Below, one piece after another: positions 47,389 to 59,900 of a stretch of DNA of 64,000 nt. A program made the translations under genes and the position numbers. The notes beneath the pieces were generated by a model. It did no database searches, was not told the origin of the DNA, and saw only the letters and a list, made by a program, of their open reading frames with translations. Source of the stretch: Tubulanus polymorphus (Eukaryota > Animalia > Nemertea); assembly GCF_964204645.1 (NCBI RefSeq), contig NC_134035.1, positions 10,510,451 through 10,574,450 of the forward strand, read 5' to 3'. The stretch's first letter is position 1. Each line of letters starts with the position of its first letter.

Positions 47389-48588
47389 TCAAACTAATTT
47401 CTCGAACTCTCTATCGGGCTTCATATTTGCTAACAATGTTTTGATGTCGAACGGTTTTTTCACGATTTCGCGAACAGTAAACAATAACTTGTATTCGGGT
47501 TTATCGTAATACGTGTGATGGAATGCGTGATTTGACATCACTTCCAGTCCCTGTGGCTTATTCTTGAAATTGTCGCGTTTCAACATTTCGCAAGTTTTAC
47601 CTCGAGGTGTTGAAGGGGGTCCGGGGTTTTTACATCCGTTTTTCATGCTCTGTAAAGCATTTGTGTCAAAGTCAGGAATGAATCGACTGTATGGCGCAAA
47701 ATAGACTGCATCGCATAACGACACGGTTCTGTTGCCCTCAACACCCACAGATTTCTCATACGCAACTAAAACCGCATCAGTCATGAATGGACCGGTTTTA
47801 CGAACAACATCACTTTTGCTTGTTGCTTTATTCGCTCTGGGAAGAAATTCGATTATTTTCCGTAGATATTTATGTTTTGGCGTTGACGTCATTAACGCGT
47901 TTAAAGTCGTCATTCGCGGTCGACCCCAATTAACGACGCTATGGGCCGGATGATCTTCGGGTATCATCGCCGTGTGGGTGTTCAGCAAATGATCGAATGG
48001 TCGGAAGGCCTCCATATCTAAATCAGCGTACAGTCCACCGAACGTATAGAGTATAAAATACCGAATCGCGTCGGCTCTGTGAATTCCCTGTCCATAATTT
48101 TTGTACATCGGATAATACGCAGGAAATCTGCGTTTAACGAACTCGTCGGCGATGCTATCGGTCCACAACCAATATTCCCAATCGGGGTGAAGTTTAACCC
48201 AAGATGTGATATATTTTTTAAACGAAATCGGGATATTTTCGGTTTTCCACGTTTGGTGTATTCTTTTAGGTACGCGACCGCATTTACTATCACTTAGGTC
48301 CAACTGTTCCAATGAATTGGCAACGATATCATTGTATACAACAGGTACCTTCATGTTTTGATGAACGGTACTGTAACGATGCGACGATGATTTCGGTCTG
48401 TTCCTCATATCCTGTTTCAATGAATTTGCAACGACATCAGTGAACCCACCAGGCGCATACTCCTTGTCGGGGTCAGTGAATCTATCAGGTACATTCACGT
48501 AATGTGATATTGAAACGTAACGACGCCACAGCAAAAACATCGCGAGGATGACACAGGCCATTCCAATTGTTTTGAGACGGGTACGCAT
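47389..48588 (-). CDS. GT32 glycosyltransferase copy 7, 399 aa
   Basis: Same motifs; 5' flank (TATTGGTATTAG|ATCACG.GAATCATG) homologous to copy 1. Confidence 0.92.
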   Translation of the reverse strand: MRTRLKTIGMACVILAMFLLWRRYVSISHYVNVPDRFTDPDKEYAPGGFTDVVANSLKQDMRNRPKSSSHRYSTVHQNMKVPVVYNDIVANSLEQLDLSDSKCGRVPKRIHQTWKTENIPISFKKYITSWVKLHPDWEYWLWTDSIADEFVKRRFPAYYPMYKNYGQGIHRADAIRYFILYTFGGLYADLDMEAFRPFDHLLNTHTAMIPEDHPAHSVVNWGRPRMTTLNALMTSTPKHKYLRKIIEFLPRANKATSKSDVVRKTGPFMTDAVLVAYEKSVGVEGNRTVSLCDAVYFAPYSRFIPDFDTNALQSMKNGCKNPGPPSTPRGKTCEMLKRDNFKNKPQGLEVMSNHAFHHTYYDKPEYKLLFTVREIVKKPFDIKTLLANMKPDREFEKLV

Positions 48589-49035
48589 GATTCACGTGAT
48601 CTAATACCAATATGATGTGCTATAAGATTTGAAATAAAAATCCGATAAATATCGTAATGATTTCAGCGAAAGATTATTTCACCGTATGCAAATGAGATAG
48701 ATGGATGAAATACTTGCCTTAACCAATATGGATACCGGAAATGATGACGATGATGATGACTGGTCTTAAGCTGTTAGATTAGCTATATAACTCAAATAGT
48801 CTTAGACTAGTCTCAAGTCTAAGCCTTGACTATGGAACCGGCCCCAGATGTTTTAAGTTTTGACATACTTGTCCTCTGCGATATTGTTCTGTTGTTATCG
48901 GCGTGCGCTCTTTTGATTGGTTAAATCATCAACTTGGAGCCTCCTATTATGATAATCAGCGATCTGACGTTTCGCTTTGATGTCCTTTTTTCACACTAGC
49001 TTGATAATTCAAAACCCGTTACAGCGAGAAAGGTC

Positions 49036-49525
49036 GCTGTTTCGACCAGACCTAGTAACAAGCTGCGAAAGGCGTTATTTAGACATTTAGTGCGTTCAGT
49101 TATCAGCTCGGTTCAAGTCCAGTACAGCATGGAATAGTTCCACGCTCAAAGATACATTTTTAGAAAAAACATCACAAATTCGCATGTAATATGGAAAAAA
49201 AATATCATCGCAATCTTCGGCTAGTTTTTTTCTTGCAGATTAAGATTTATCTTAACGTCATTTTGGGTGTATTCATTTTCTGAGAGAGATTTCTAGCAGA
49301 ATATTGAATCGAGCCTGTGAAGGAGGAGGTATTGTCCCGACTAACAGACACTTCAGTTCGTAAATAGTCGACTAACTGATAAGTTAAAAACTATAAAACG
49401 GATGTGGGCGCATCAGATATTGAATAGTTTGGAAATTTATCTTTAGAGCAAATAACCGACGCACTAAAAGTTCGGTCTAAATAACGCCTTTTGCATCTTG
49501 TAACTAGGTCTGGTCTAAACAGCAC
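49036..49525. mobile_element. Inverted-repeat element abutting the truncation point of the GT32 pseudogene
   Basis: GCTGTTT.GACCAGACCTAGT.ACAAG... inverted at both ends. Confidence 0.7.
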
Positions 49526-50324
49526 ATTGGGAATATTGGTTGTGGACCGATAGCATCGCCGACGAGTTCGTTAAACGCAGATTTCCTGCGTATTATCCGA
49601 TGTACAAAAATTATAAATATGGAATTCACAGAGCCGACGCGATTCGGTATTTTATACTCTATACGTTCGGTGGATTGTACGTTGATTTAGATATTGAAGC
49701 CTTCCGACCATTCGATCATTTGCTGAACACCCACACGGCGATGATACCTTAAGATCATCCCGTTCACAGCATCGTTTATTGGGGTCGACCGCGACCATCG
49801 ACTTTAAACGCGTCAATGACGTCTACGCCAAAACATAAATATCTACGGAAAATAATCGAATTTCTTCCCAGAGCGGATAAAGCAACAAGCAAAAGTGATG
49901 TTGTTAGTAAAACTGGTCCATTCATATTGATGAGGTTTCAGTTACATATATATGTGAAATCCGTGGGTTTTGAGGGCAACATAACCGTATCGTTTTGCGA
50001 TGCAGTCTATTTCGCGCCATACAGTCGATTCATTCCTGATTTTGACACTTTTGCTTTATTGAGCTTCAAAAACGGATGTAAAAAACCCCGGACCCCCTTC
50101 AACACCTCGAGGTAAAACTTGTGAAATGTTGAAACGCGACAATTTCAAGAATAAGCCACAGGGACCGGAAGTGATGTCAAATCACGCATTTCACCACACG
50201 TATTACGATAAACCCGAATACAAGTTATTGTTTTCCGTCCGCGAAATCGTGAAAAAAACCGTTCGACATCAAATCATTTATAGCCAATATGAAGTCCGAT
50301 GGAGACTTCGAGAAAATAGTATAA
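49526..50324 (+). pseudogene. 5'-truncated GT32 pseudogene (copy 8)
   Basis: Starts mid-gene at (D)WEYWLW; premature TAA at 49750-49752; frameshifting insertions near 49945, 50080 and 50255; no TM or stem. Confidence 0.9.
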
Positions 50325-50651
50325 GTATAAGGCCAAAAATAATTCCTTATTTCCCGGGCCGGGTACCGATAAATTAACGCAACACCGTAGACATATAATG
50401 CTGCCGGCCGGACCTAGAGTTAATACCATTTTCTTTTTATGATTGAAATATAAACCGACCGGGCGGGTCAAGTAGTAATAAGTAGTATTCATAAAAATTC
50501 TACTTGTTTACCTACTACAACACTCTTAGTCTTTAGTATCTAGCCGTTGTTCTGGAACCCGTAACAATGACTTTATTTTTAGCCTATATCTTTTACCAAA
50601 ATATACGTTTTCCGAGTACACACCAAGAATCGTGGTTGTTCTGATTGCTTT

Positions 50652-51734
50652 TTACAACGCTTTTATCTTACAACTACAGCGACACTTACTTCCAAAATTT
50701 TTAAACAATTTTATCGCATCGTGCCTGAATCTATCGTTGGTCAGGCAATATACGAAATAATTAACGCTTGAATCTAAAGGAGTCAACACGTCAGACCCTA
50801 TACCCGATATACGTGAAATAACATTCCTAACTTCTTTACTCGGGCTCGGCATACCACATAATTTTACTAGCATATCTAAATAACTTTTAAGCGACGTAGC
50901 AAACTCTAAAACTATGAACAATACCACGATAGCGAGCGCCATTCTCGTAGCTTTTTTATCGAGATTGCTGAACTTCGATTGTTGGGTGCCGAGATTCTCT
51001 CTTTGTTTACCAATTTGTTTCAGCAAAATTATGAGAATCACGTTGAGGATTATCAGGAATAAAATCGGTAGCAGATTCGTGAAAATCGATGTTAATACCC
51101 ATTCTACGTAATATAAAAGACGGCCTTCAATTGGATTAAGTATTCTTTTCTTCAATGCAGGAATATAAAGTCCTGTACACACATCCAACCAATAATATGA
51201 ATGCCCTACATACATGAAGTAACTAAGACCGAAACAAGCGAAGAAAATGTATTGCACGCAGACACATAAAAGTAAGCGTTGTTTGGTGACATGAGCCTGC
51301 GCAAACAGCGGGAAACCAAGACTTACTGCCCGTTCAGCTGCTATCAGTACCGTTATCCAATTTCTCGTTAATTTTGCCGACCGATTGAAGAGAAACATAA
51401 CAAAATAGATCATGTAAAATCCCGCATATCTTCCATCGTGATAGATAAACTTTAAGAATCTCTGAAGCGCAACGCCATAAACCGTTACATCCAGCAACGG
51501 ACGCAGGAATTCACGAAAGAATTTGACAATGAGAAATGAAATATCAGCAACGGCTAAAGCTCTTAGGAGAAAAATTGACCTGTGCTGCGACGACTGTCGT
51601 TTTAGAATCACAATACTGAGTGTGTTAAAGAAAATACCAAACGCTATCAATGCGGGCAGAAATGCGACTCGCTGTATGAACTGATCTGTAATCGTTAGTT
51701 TTTCATCGCACTTTGGTGGTTTAGTCGTCGACAT
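50652..51734 (-). CDS. Class A GPCR, FMRFamide-receptor/peptide-receptor-like, uninterrupted CDS, 360 aa
   Basis: Seven hydrophobic segments; LRALAVAD (TM2), IAAERAVSL (DRY equivalent), DSSVNYFVYCLTNDRFR (TM7/helix 8). Confidence 0.85.
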   Translation of the reverse strand: MSTTKPPKCDEKLTITDQFIQRVAFLPALIAFGIFFNTLSIVILKRQSSQHRSIFLLRALAVADISFLIVKFFREFLRPLLDVTVYGVALQRFLKFIYHDGRYAGFYMIYFVMFLFNRSAKLTRNWITVLIAAERAVSLGFPLFAQAHVTKQRLLLCVCVQYIFFACFGLSYFMYVGHSYYWLDVCTGLYIPALKKRILNPIEGRLLYYVEWVLTSIFTNLLPILFLIILNVILIILLKQIGKQRENLGTQQSKFSNLDKKATRMALAIVVLFIVLEFATSLKSYLDMLVKLCGMPSPSKEVRNVISRISGIGSDVLTPLDSSVNYFVYCLTNDRFRHDAIKLFKNFGSKCRCSCKIKAL

Positions 51735-51963
51735 CGCCCCGTTTGCTGCATTAGGAAATATCGATAATCATCACCAATTATGTATGGACGAATCAGCGAT
51801 CCAATGCTCAAATTGCCAAATAGATAGATCATATTTAATAAACGCGCATCTAAAATTCCGACGCAGTATCCTTTTCCCTAATTTAATGGTACAGGAACAG
51901 AAAAGTTCTAATGGACATAAAAACTACATTGCATTATTACATTTGTGGAGTTACTATCGCTTA

Positions 51964-52058
51964 GCAGTTTTATCCCGGTTTTCATGAATACTGGTGCAAC
52001 CGCCATGACATTCTTGACGTTAGGAGTCGGTTTTAGCGGATTTCCGACAGCGGGTAAA
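51964..52058 (+). pseudogene. Inverted stray copy of most of SLC17 exon 55173-55283 with its donor site
   Basis: GCAGTTTTATCC.GGTTTTCATGAATACTGG...GACAGCGG|GTAAAA matches the exon with few substitutions. Confidence 0.85.
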
Positions 52059-52336
52059 AGTATTCAATACAACTGAAAATTTCAATATTCAACGACCTTT
52101 TAGAATTATCTTCCCTGATTGTTTTACTAAAAGCCGGATCCGGCCCGAAACTGGACTTCAGATCCGGGACATGTAGTCGCCCGACTCGGGCTGATATTTT
52201 AAATGCCACTTTGCTTTACTGAATCAACGTATTATTAGTGTTTTGATAGATTAAACTAGCTTGTTTCCTTTCGTCAAATATATCTTAAGATCTTAATAAA
52301 AAAACGCCATATTTTCCGTTATAATTCGTATAAAGA

Positions 52337-52342
52337 TTTATT
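52337..52342 (-). terminator. Candidate polyadenylation signal of the SLC17 gene
   Basis: AATAAA on the minus strand about 1.6 kb after the stop; other AATAAA hexamers exist closer to the stop. Confidence 0.3.
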
Positions 52343-53957
52343 GACTTAATCATAATAATCATAACAACGTAACATAAATAACATAAACCATTACCGGTAT
52401 CACCAATTCGGGACACTTGTTCACGCGCAAATTCCTATTCGATTAATGACATTCAGTTCAGGGATTTCTTTTATTGACCAGTCTTAACTTAAAATTCAAA
52501 TTCTATATGCTTAATTCAATCGCGGTCTTTTCAAGAATGATTTAACGCCAGATTTAACCGGCAACCCGTTGAACTCGGTGTATACACCGACGGGATTACC
52601 GAGAACGAATTCTCGATTATATCACATGTCTTCATTTTAGTATTCGTTATACGTATATGTAATACATTACCACAGAATACTTTTTATCGCTTGATTTTTA
52701 ACCATCGACATTCGACTAATTTGAGTGATTTGATCGCGGTGGCTAAACGTGCAACCACTCGTACATAGTTTATACGAGGCCTACGAATTTTACGAATTGA
52801 CTGAGCGTTATTTCGCCCAACGGAACAAAACTGGGAATCGGTAAAATAATGGAATACATGTGAATTATTGTGAACACATGCAGACTTCAAGTATAGAGGT
52901 CATGCAGAAATGGGTTTTATTTGCTTGACTACGCCATATTTTGTGTCAAACGCAATAAGTGATTTAAAAAGCTTTTAAAAATAACTTTTGAAACTTTTTG
53001 AAATAACCTTTTTTTCTTTGGTCGTTACGACGGTTATGAAGTATGGTGAGTCATGTATTCGCGAAACTGTTACATTACGTATACGACGTTTTTTGATCGG
53101 CAAACACACTCAAAAAGGTCATTCATGACAAGACCCTCGAAGTTTCGATATCTCCCCGACGATTTTTCATTGTTATGTATTTAATATGGCAAGTTTCCAG
53201 CACCGATTGGCAAAAAAACTATCACATAACATGCACGACCTCTTTATTCTACAGACATTTATATGTCGACGACTGCGATTACGCAATTTATCGCAAATTC
53301 GTCTGATAAAATGTTTGAACACCGAGCGTGATTCAAATTCGTCTCGTAACAATGATATCACAGATATGCACTTGATTCCGCTTCTTTTCCCCAAGTGATG
53401 CACATACATATACAAATATATATTTACGTGTTCGACGTATAATACGAACAGTCGTGTCTTTTAGATATGAGTGAAATATATATTATATATCATCCCCAGC
53501 CCTAACTGAAATCGTTAAATCTACTTCTCTTAACAATCTTAAGGTACATTTAATATCCAGTGACCACGCCGTATACTTCCTTTCGTGTTTTCCACATCAA
53601 TGCGAGAATAGTAACAGATCATTTATTCGTTATCTAAAATCAAAACGTGCCGTAGAGTTGAGCCTAGTTACTGTCCTACATAGCGTTCATCTAGGTGGCG
53701 TAGCATTCACAAATGTTTCTCCATTTTATCGTGATCAGAAATCGATAAACTGAAATCGTTTACGGGACAACGAGTGACGTCATCCTGAGATCCATTTTCG
53801 CAAGTATCATTCATACGAACATATTTGAGTTTTCTGCAGTTTTAGATGAAAGCTGACTCAAACTGTTTTTTTATATCGTACAAGAGCATTGTTTGTATTT
53901 GAGGTATTATTGCCATGTATAACGTCCTTATAACGGCAATAGTTTTGGTGCCTATAT

Positions 53958-56900
53958 TTAACTGGTCTTTCCTCCGTTTCGCTTGCGCAGTTTTTCGTCG
54001 ATCGATTCTTCCAGCGCGTTGTCTGTGCTTTCCATAGTACCGTATGTTTTCGCATCGTCCGCGGTTCCGTTTGGCCCGAGTCCCTGGGTCTGCATCGGCA
54101 ACGCTTGGTAGGGTTGTTTGTCCGAATCTGGTTTGACCGGTTTGAGCTGCACTCCGGATATTGGATCGGCCCAAGGTTGCCTGTCAGCTGAAAGCACGAA
54201 CGTAAACATGTGCACAAAACAGAAATTTTAGAAACATCTGCTTGTTAGAAGAAATCAGATCGAACGATAAAGTGCAGCTATATGAATGCGGGGCGAGTAG
54301 TGAGGCTGTCGTCGAGAAATTCAATCGTTTGACATATAAAACCTACCTGTTCCAAATATTGCGTAAAATACAACTCCAAATGCTAGTACTCCACCAGTTA
54401 GAATAAATGACATTTGCCAACTGTGCAGCGACTGAAATTACGAAAACAAATCTTTAGGACTCAGTCTAGTATAGTGGAGAAAATTAAATGCTACTGTTGC
54501 AATCGATGATTCCACTTATGGCAAGTGAGGATCCGCCAGGCTCGCTAGTAGTTACTCGGGTCTTCCGCGTTCAATTTCCTCTACATTTAAAATCGAATGA
54601 ATCGATTATAATGAAATTTATACGAAATATCTGAGTAGTAAATTGAGTTTGATGTATATTTGGTCGGTTCTTCGATAATGAATGGATTCGGGAGTCTGAA
54701 AATCTAGCTGAAAATTGATTGATGGTCGGTTGACTAATGGTGTTGCGTTTCCCTATTGCTTAACTTTCAAAGTGGTCAACTATGCCTATCAAAAACCCAA
54801 GATACGCAGCCATATCAGCGCATCTATCCCCGTTTCGCTTACTTGATCGTGAGTGATAAAGCCGACAATAAGCGGACTAAGAATTCCTCCGACCGTTCCC
54901 ATTGTCGTCGACATACCGACCAGGACACTGGCGTACCTCGGTGCGATATCTAAATGCGAGATCTGCCAACCTAAAAGCAAATACACGGTCACGTTTTTTT
55001 AAACCATGAAACTATTCGAATCAGGAAGTTAATTCCTCATAGGCCGGTTTTATATACTGGTATTACCTTCAACATTGGGGCTAACTCAATTCATTATCAA
55101 TTGAGTTAACCCCAGAGCTAAAGGTAATACCAGTCTATAAAACCGAGCCGAGGTCTTTTTGTTTTGTTTTACCCGCTGTCGCAAATCCGCTAAAACCGAC
55201 TCCTATCGTCAAGAATGTCATGGCGGTTGCGCCAGTATTCATGAAAACCAGGATAAAACTGCAAAGCGATTCCATCCCGAAACCTTCAATAAGAACGTCG
55301 TATTTTTAACAATGTAATTAATCATCACATTAATTTGTTTTTCATTAGAACATTTTTGTTTCCTTACCGACACACGTGAAAATCTTTCTGACTTGAGTTT
55401 TCGTAAATCTCGGATGCCTGATAGCCCAGTCGGCCAAATGACCGCTTATCCCGGATAATATAACCATCAGCACATGCGGCAGTGACGAAAGAATGCCATT
55501 CTGAAATTTGCAATCATTCATGGAAGGTAACTCGATTATTTGAAAATCATTATCAGTTATCAGACGCAATTACACGAATAAATGCGGGAATTTCTGTCGC
55601 GTCACTTCGTTTCTTACATATTTCATATACGTGAGTTTATACGCAGGGATTTGGGAAACACGTGAACACGGAAACATACATGTTTGATCTCGGAATCCAT
55701 TTTTTTCCGAATCCATGTTTTTCGCTTCTCATGTTTTTCGCTTCTCGTAAACGCACACGACGCATGTTTCCGTCTTCTGTTTCCGTATTTCCCTGTTTCG
55801 CGTGCGTTAGGCTTTATATATTCACCTCGGCAATTGTGAAACCGAAACAGTTGAGATAAGCCGGTTCCATCGTGAGCAAGAGGAAGAACATCCAATTTCG
55901 TGAGAAGTGACACACGCATAGTGAAACCACGGCGATCGAACTTAGAATCTTTTTCCACGGAATCGGTTCATCCTGAAAGTGAAAAATTGTCGGATGAAAA
56001 TCGAGTGATTATTATTATGAGAGATGGAATGGGATACCGGCAACGCTACTGAGGGAAGCGAGGATTCAGCGATAATCCACCAGGTTCGCTAGTGGTTACT
56101 CGCTTACCGCGGTTCAATTTCTGTCTTCATTTCAATTGAATTCGACGCGACCTTTCTCACCAGTAACTCGATTTTCAGGGAAATCTATACCATACACTGA
56201 GTGAGAAAGTCAATCTCATATCTATTCGAAGACTTGTTTGATAATTTTCGGAATTGGAAGCCTAAAAAATATCAACTTCCAATCGAAGAAGAACTGATTT
56301 TCACTACGAATAAGCCAGTGTTTCGTTGCTCCATCTGGTGGTGCCGGTATCCCATTAATGAATTATTCGAGCTAGTCGCCGAAATTATGATTCAACGACT
56401 GCAAATTTCGGTAATTTGAAACGTCATTTTCTTCGGTAGTGGTGCACAAGTGCGCCCTCGTGTGATAGAAAATTAAGTCAAAATCAGCGCATGACGATAG
56501 ATGAAGGAAAGCCGGTCGATGTGTGCGTGCACGATGACCAAAGTTAAAAGTTTATTCTCGAAACCGATGAACATTAAAAAAAAAAGATTCCGCGAAACAA
56601 AGACCCTGGAAATTACCCGAATCTAGAATCGATTCGAAAATACCAACTACTTCCAAGCACTCCAAAATCAATCTTTAGTTGTTATTTCGAAAAAGAATGA
56701 TTCCATTAGCTTACCTCTTCCTGGCCATCGGCATTCTAGACATATTATGTATATATGATAGATAGATATTCATTTTACCAAATATAGTTTATTATATATA
56801 CTTATTTGTGCCTAAATCTGATGAGTATAGATTTAACTAAACACCCGGATTAACAAATCGGTCAAATATAGATTAAAGGCCGTTTATACGTTTGGACAAG

Positions 56901-59900
56901 ACTTCATCAGATGACACAAGTCAGAACAAAACTAATGCTTAAACCACGTACTCCTTACATACAACATATATTTCAATTTCATACTTTAGATATCATGGAT
57001 ATTTTGCTAAAGTTTCTCTCTTACCTCATAGGTGAACGCCATGTCACCCTGACTACTTTCGATGTATTTTTTCTCCTCCATGCTGATGTATGGATGATAC
57101 GCTGGTCTTTCGTAGGCCAGAATCAACCATAAAAGAAACCAGACTATTCCCATTCCGGCTGCAATGACAACGTCTTTAATGTCAATAACCGAAGGCTTTT
57201 TCGTAAATTGAAAGCCTAAGTTCCAAAATTGCGACCTAAGTCAAAATCACTTTAAAAAAAATCATTTCAACCGCAATGAAAATGTATTGATTTAACATTG
57301 TACGCGGTTGATTCAAATCCAACGCCGCATTATTTCGGCAGCATGAACGGGTTTTACCCCAGAATTTTTGAAATGGCTTACCGAAGAAATAGAAAACATA
57401 CTGCCAGCCCATGAAGTGCGTGAGCAGACCGGATACAGGAAAGCCAACTATAGCTCCAGCGTAAACACCTGTTTAAATTTTGTACAGAGAAAAATATGAA
57501 AAACGAATAAAAACAACACTCCGGTTTGTATTTGTGTAATTGATTTTAGGCGGCAAAGCAAGTAATAATGTTGAATAAGAGAAAAATCAAATTCACATGT
57601 ATATCAAATCCGGGCTATATGCACATATTGAATATGGCCTGAATTTTTACTAATCAAACGAATACGTTGATGAATATCCCTAATTTCGTTGTGAATTTCA
57701 ATGGGAGGACAACTGCGTGGTTTAGGAATTGACGGCGGGCGCTACTTACCAGTAACAGTTGTGGAAGCGATAACACTACCTTCACCATCGACTGACCAGT
57801 GTCTCAGTAACGTATACAACGAAGGAAACGCAACACCCTAAATTTATATACAGCAAGCATAAAAAAGATTCCAGCACCCTGTTCAACTCGCCCGTGACAG
57901 AGGAAGCGAATTTCATGAAATTGATGAAATTTTCTACTGCGATGCAAATATGCTACCAGTCGAATAAATTCGCGCGAATCGAATGAGCTAGATTTGCCGA
58001 AATATCAATCAGCGATTGCTAATTTTGCCCATACTAAATCATGCGATCTAATTTTGATCGGCGAATCAGGCATTCGCACACCGATTTCGCCTAGACGCGT
58101 TAACCTTGGTCTCCCGAATTCAATCGCTGGTGAATGTTTCGCCGAATAAATTCGCCTGGCACAAGCTTCAAGCCTGTCACAAGCGTCAAGAGTTACATCC
58201 ACCACACTACATCACCACTTTTGATAATAAACGCATGAAATGATAGAATTAAGACACAAATATAGGAATACACGACGGATAGCGCGGTGTAGGAGATTAA
58301 CGTTTTCATAAATTTTTCGGGGAAACTGTAAACGACAAGAAACGTTTTGATGATATCTTATTGTTTAGAGTTTCTCCGAATTTTTAATTTTGATAAATTT
58401 CGAAATCGTCAGAAAATGAATATAAGAAATCATCAGTTGCAGGTTCGTTGGTTATGACAGTATGGTGTGGGTTAATCGCTAGTCATCATATTCAGGAAAT
58501 GGAGAATTTGTACGCGGAATACAGAATGAATACGTCGATTATTCGAAAGAGGTTTTTAGAATTCATTGATCACAAAACAATATCTGCTCTCAATGATATT
58601 TTGGATATTCAAATTATTGGCTACAACGAATAATACGGCATTGAACGGTTGTATTGGGCTGATTAAGTTTCTAAGGCATCAGTGATTTTTCTATTAAAAA
58701 TGGCGCCAATACAATCCGTATATACGCTCGCTGACTATACACGCATATAGTTGATTTAATGTTGATTATCGGAGAATTGAAATCTGACGGCATATGTCGC
58801 CGATTTCTTTATTTAGTCCCGTTCAAATATCGCCGTATGATGGCTTGGATATAGGCCCTACTTGTTTAAAGAACGGTTGAATTTAGTGGTATGCTAACAT
58901 TCGAAGTGTTGTAATGTAGCGAATATATCGGGAATCGAAAATTGTAAAAACGAATCCGACAGATTCGTTACAACGCAGCTGATTAGCGTTGAATCGATAA
59001 GATCGGCTTCAGATTTATTCAACAAATATACAATTAACAAGTATAAATGACGGACAATGTATAAATAAACGAAGTATGAATGACTTAATCCCGAACCTAA
59101 AGAAGCTTATTTTGGTAATATCTGAAGATGGTTAAGTTGACGAAACGCTCTGTTCGTGTCTCCACACTCGAACAGAAAAATTAGTCCGAAAAGGTTTCCT
59201 CAAGTTAATCATTCATTTTTCGACGGGAATTTGTTCAGGAATACTGAATATCGATGATTAATTTATGAGTATAGAACGTCATCTATCGCAATCAGTTCGA
59301 AATTGTTGAATATTAAAAAGAAAAAATGAAATGAACGGATCGCTGTAAAGATAACTTGGTGATAAAGTGACAGCTTGAGTTGTTATGGCGTATGTTAAGT
59401 AACCGGGTGATATTACTGCATATACCAAACTTGTTTGTGTAGCTGTGACCGAATCAGTATTCGGTAAAGGGTTGAAACCAAATCCGTCGTTTGTCGAAAA
59501 CCTTTCAATATTGTGATATGGGATACTTTGCATTGAGCGTACGATTGAAAAGGTGGTCATATGTTATCTAAATGTTTCACTTTAAATGTATTTTGATTGA
59601 AAACCAGCCACCGCCATTTTCTTATATTCTAATGAAATATCCGATGCAAACGAAGGATCCAATAGATTTTTGCTTGATGTAGAAATTTCCAATTGTTGAT
59701 ACTTCGTTTGCATATTATGAACCCTCTATGGACGAAAACCACAACACACAAACACCAACGATTTTACCTGTTAGAACCAAGGCCGCCTGTCGGCTCTGTT
59801 CGGGGGGAATCACCCAATGACGTAATATCGTGTAGCACGCGGGGAATACCAGGCCCTGTTTAAAATCGTATTGTATTACAAGCACTTAAATCAGTTTGAA

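Noticed and set aside
59115-59155. Hammerhead-like CTGAAGA...GAAAC motif
   Set aside because: Stems I and II are poorly formed; at best a decayed remnant
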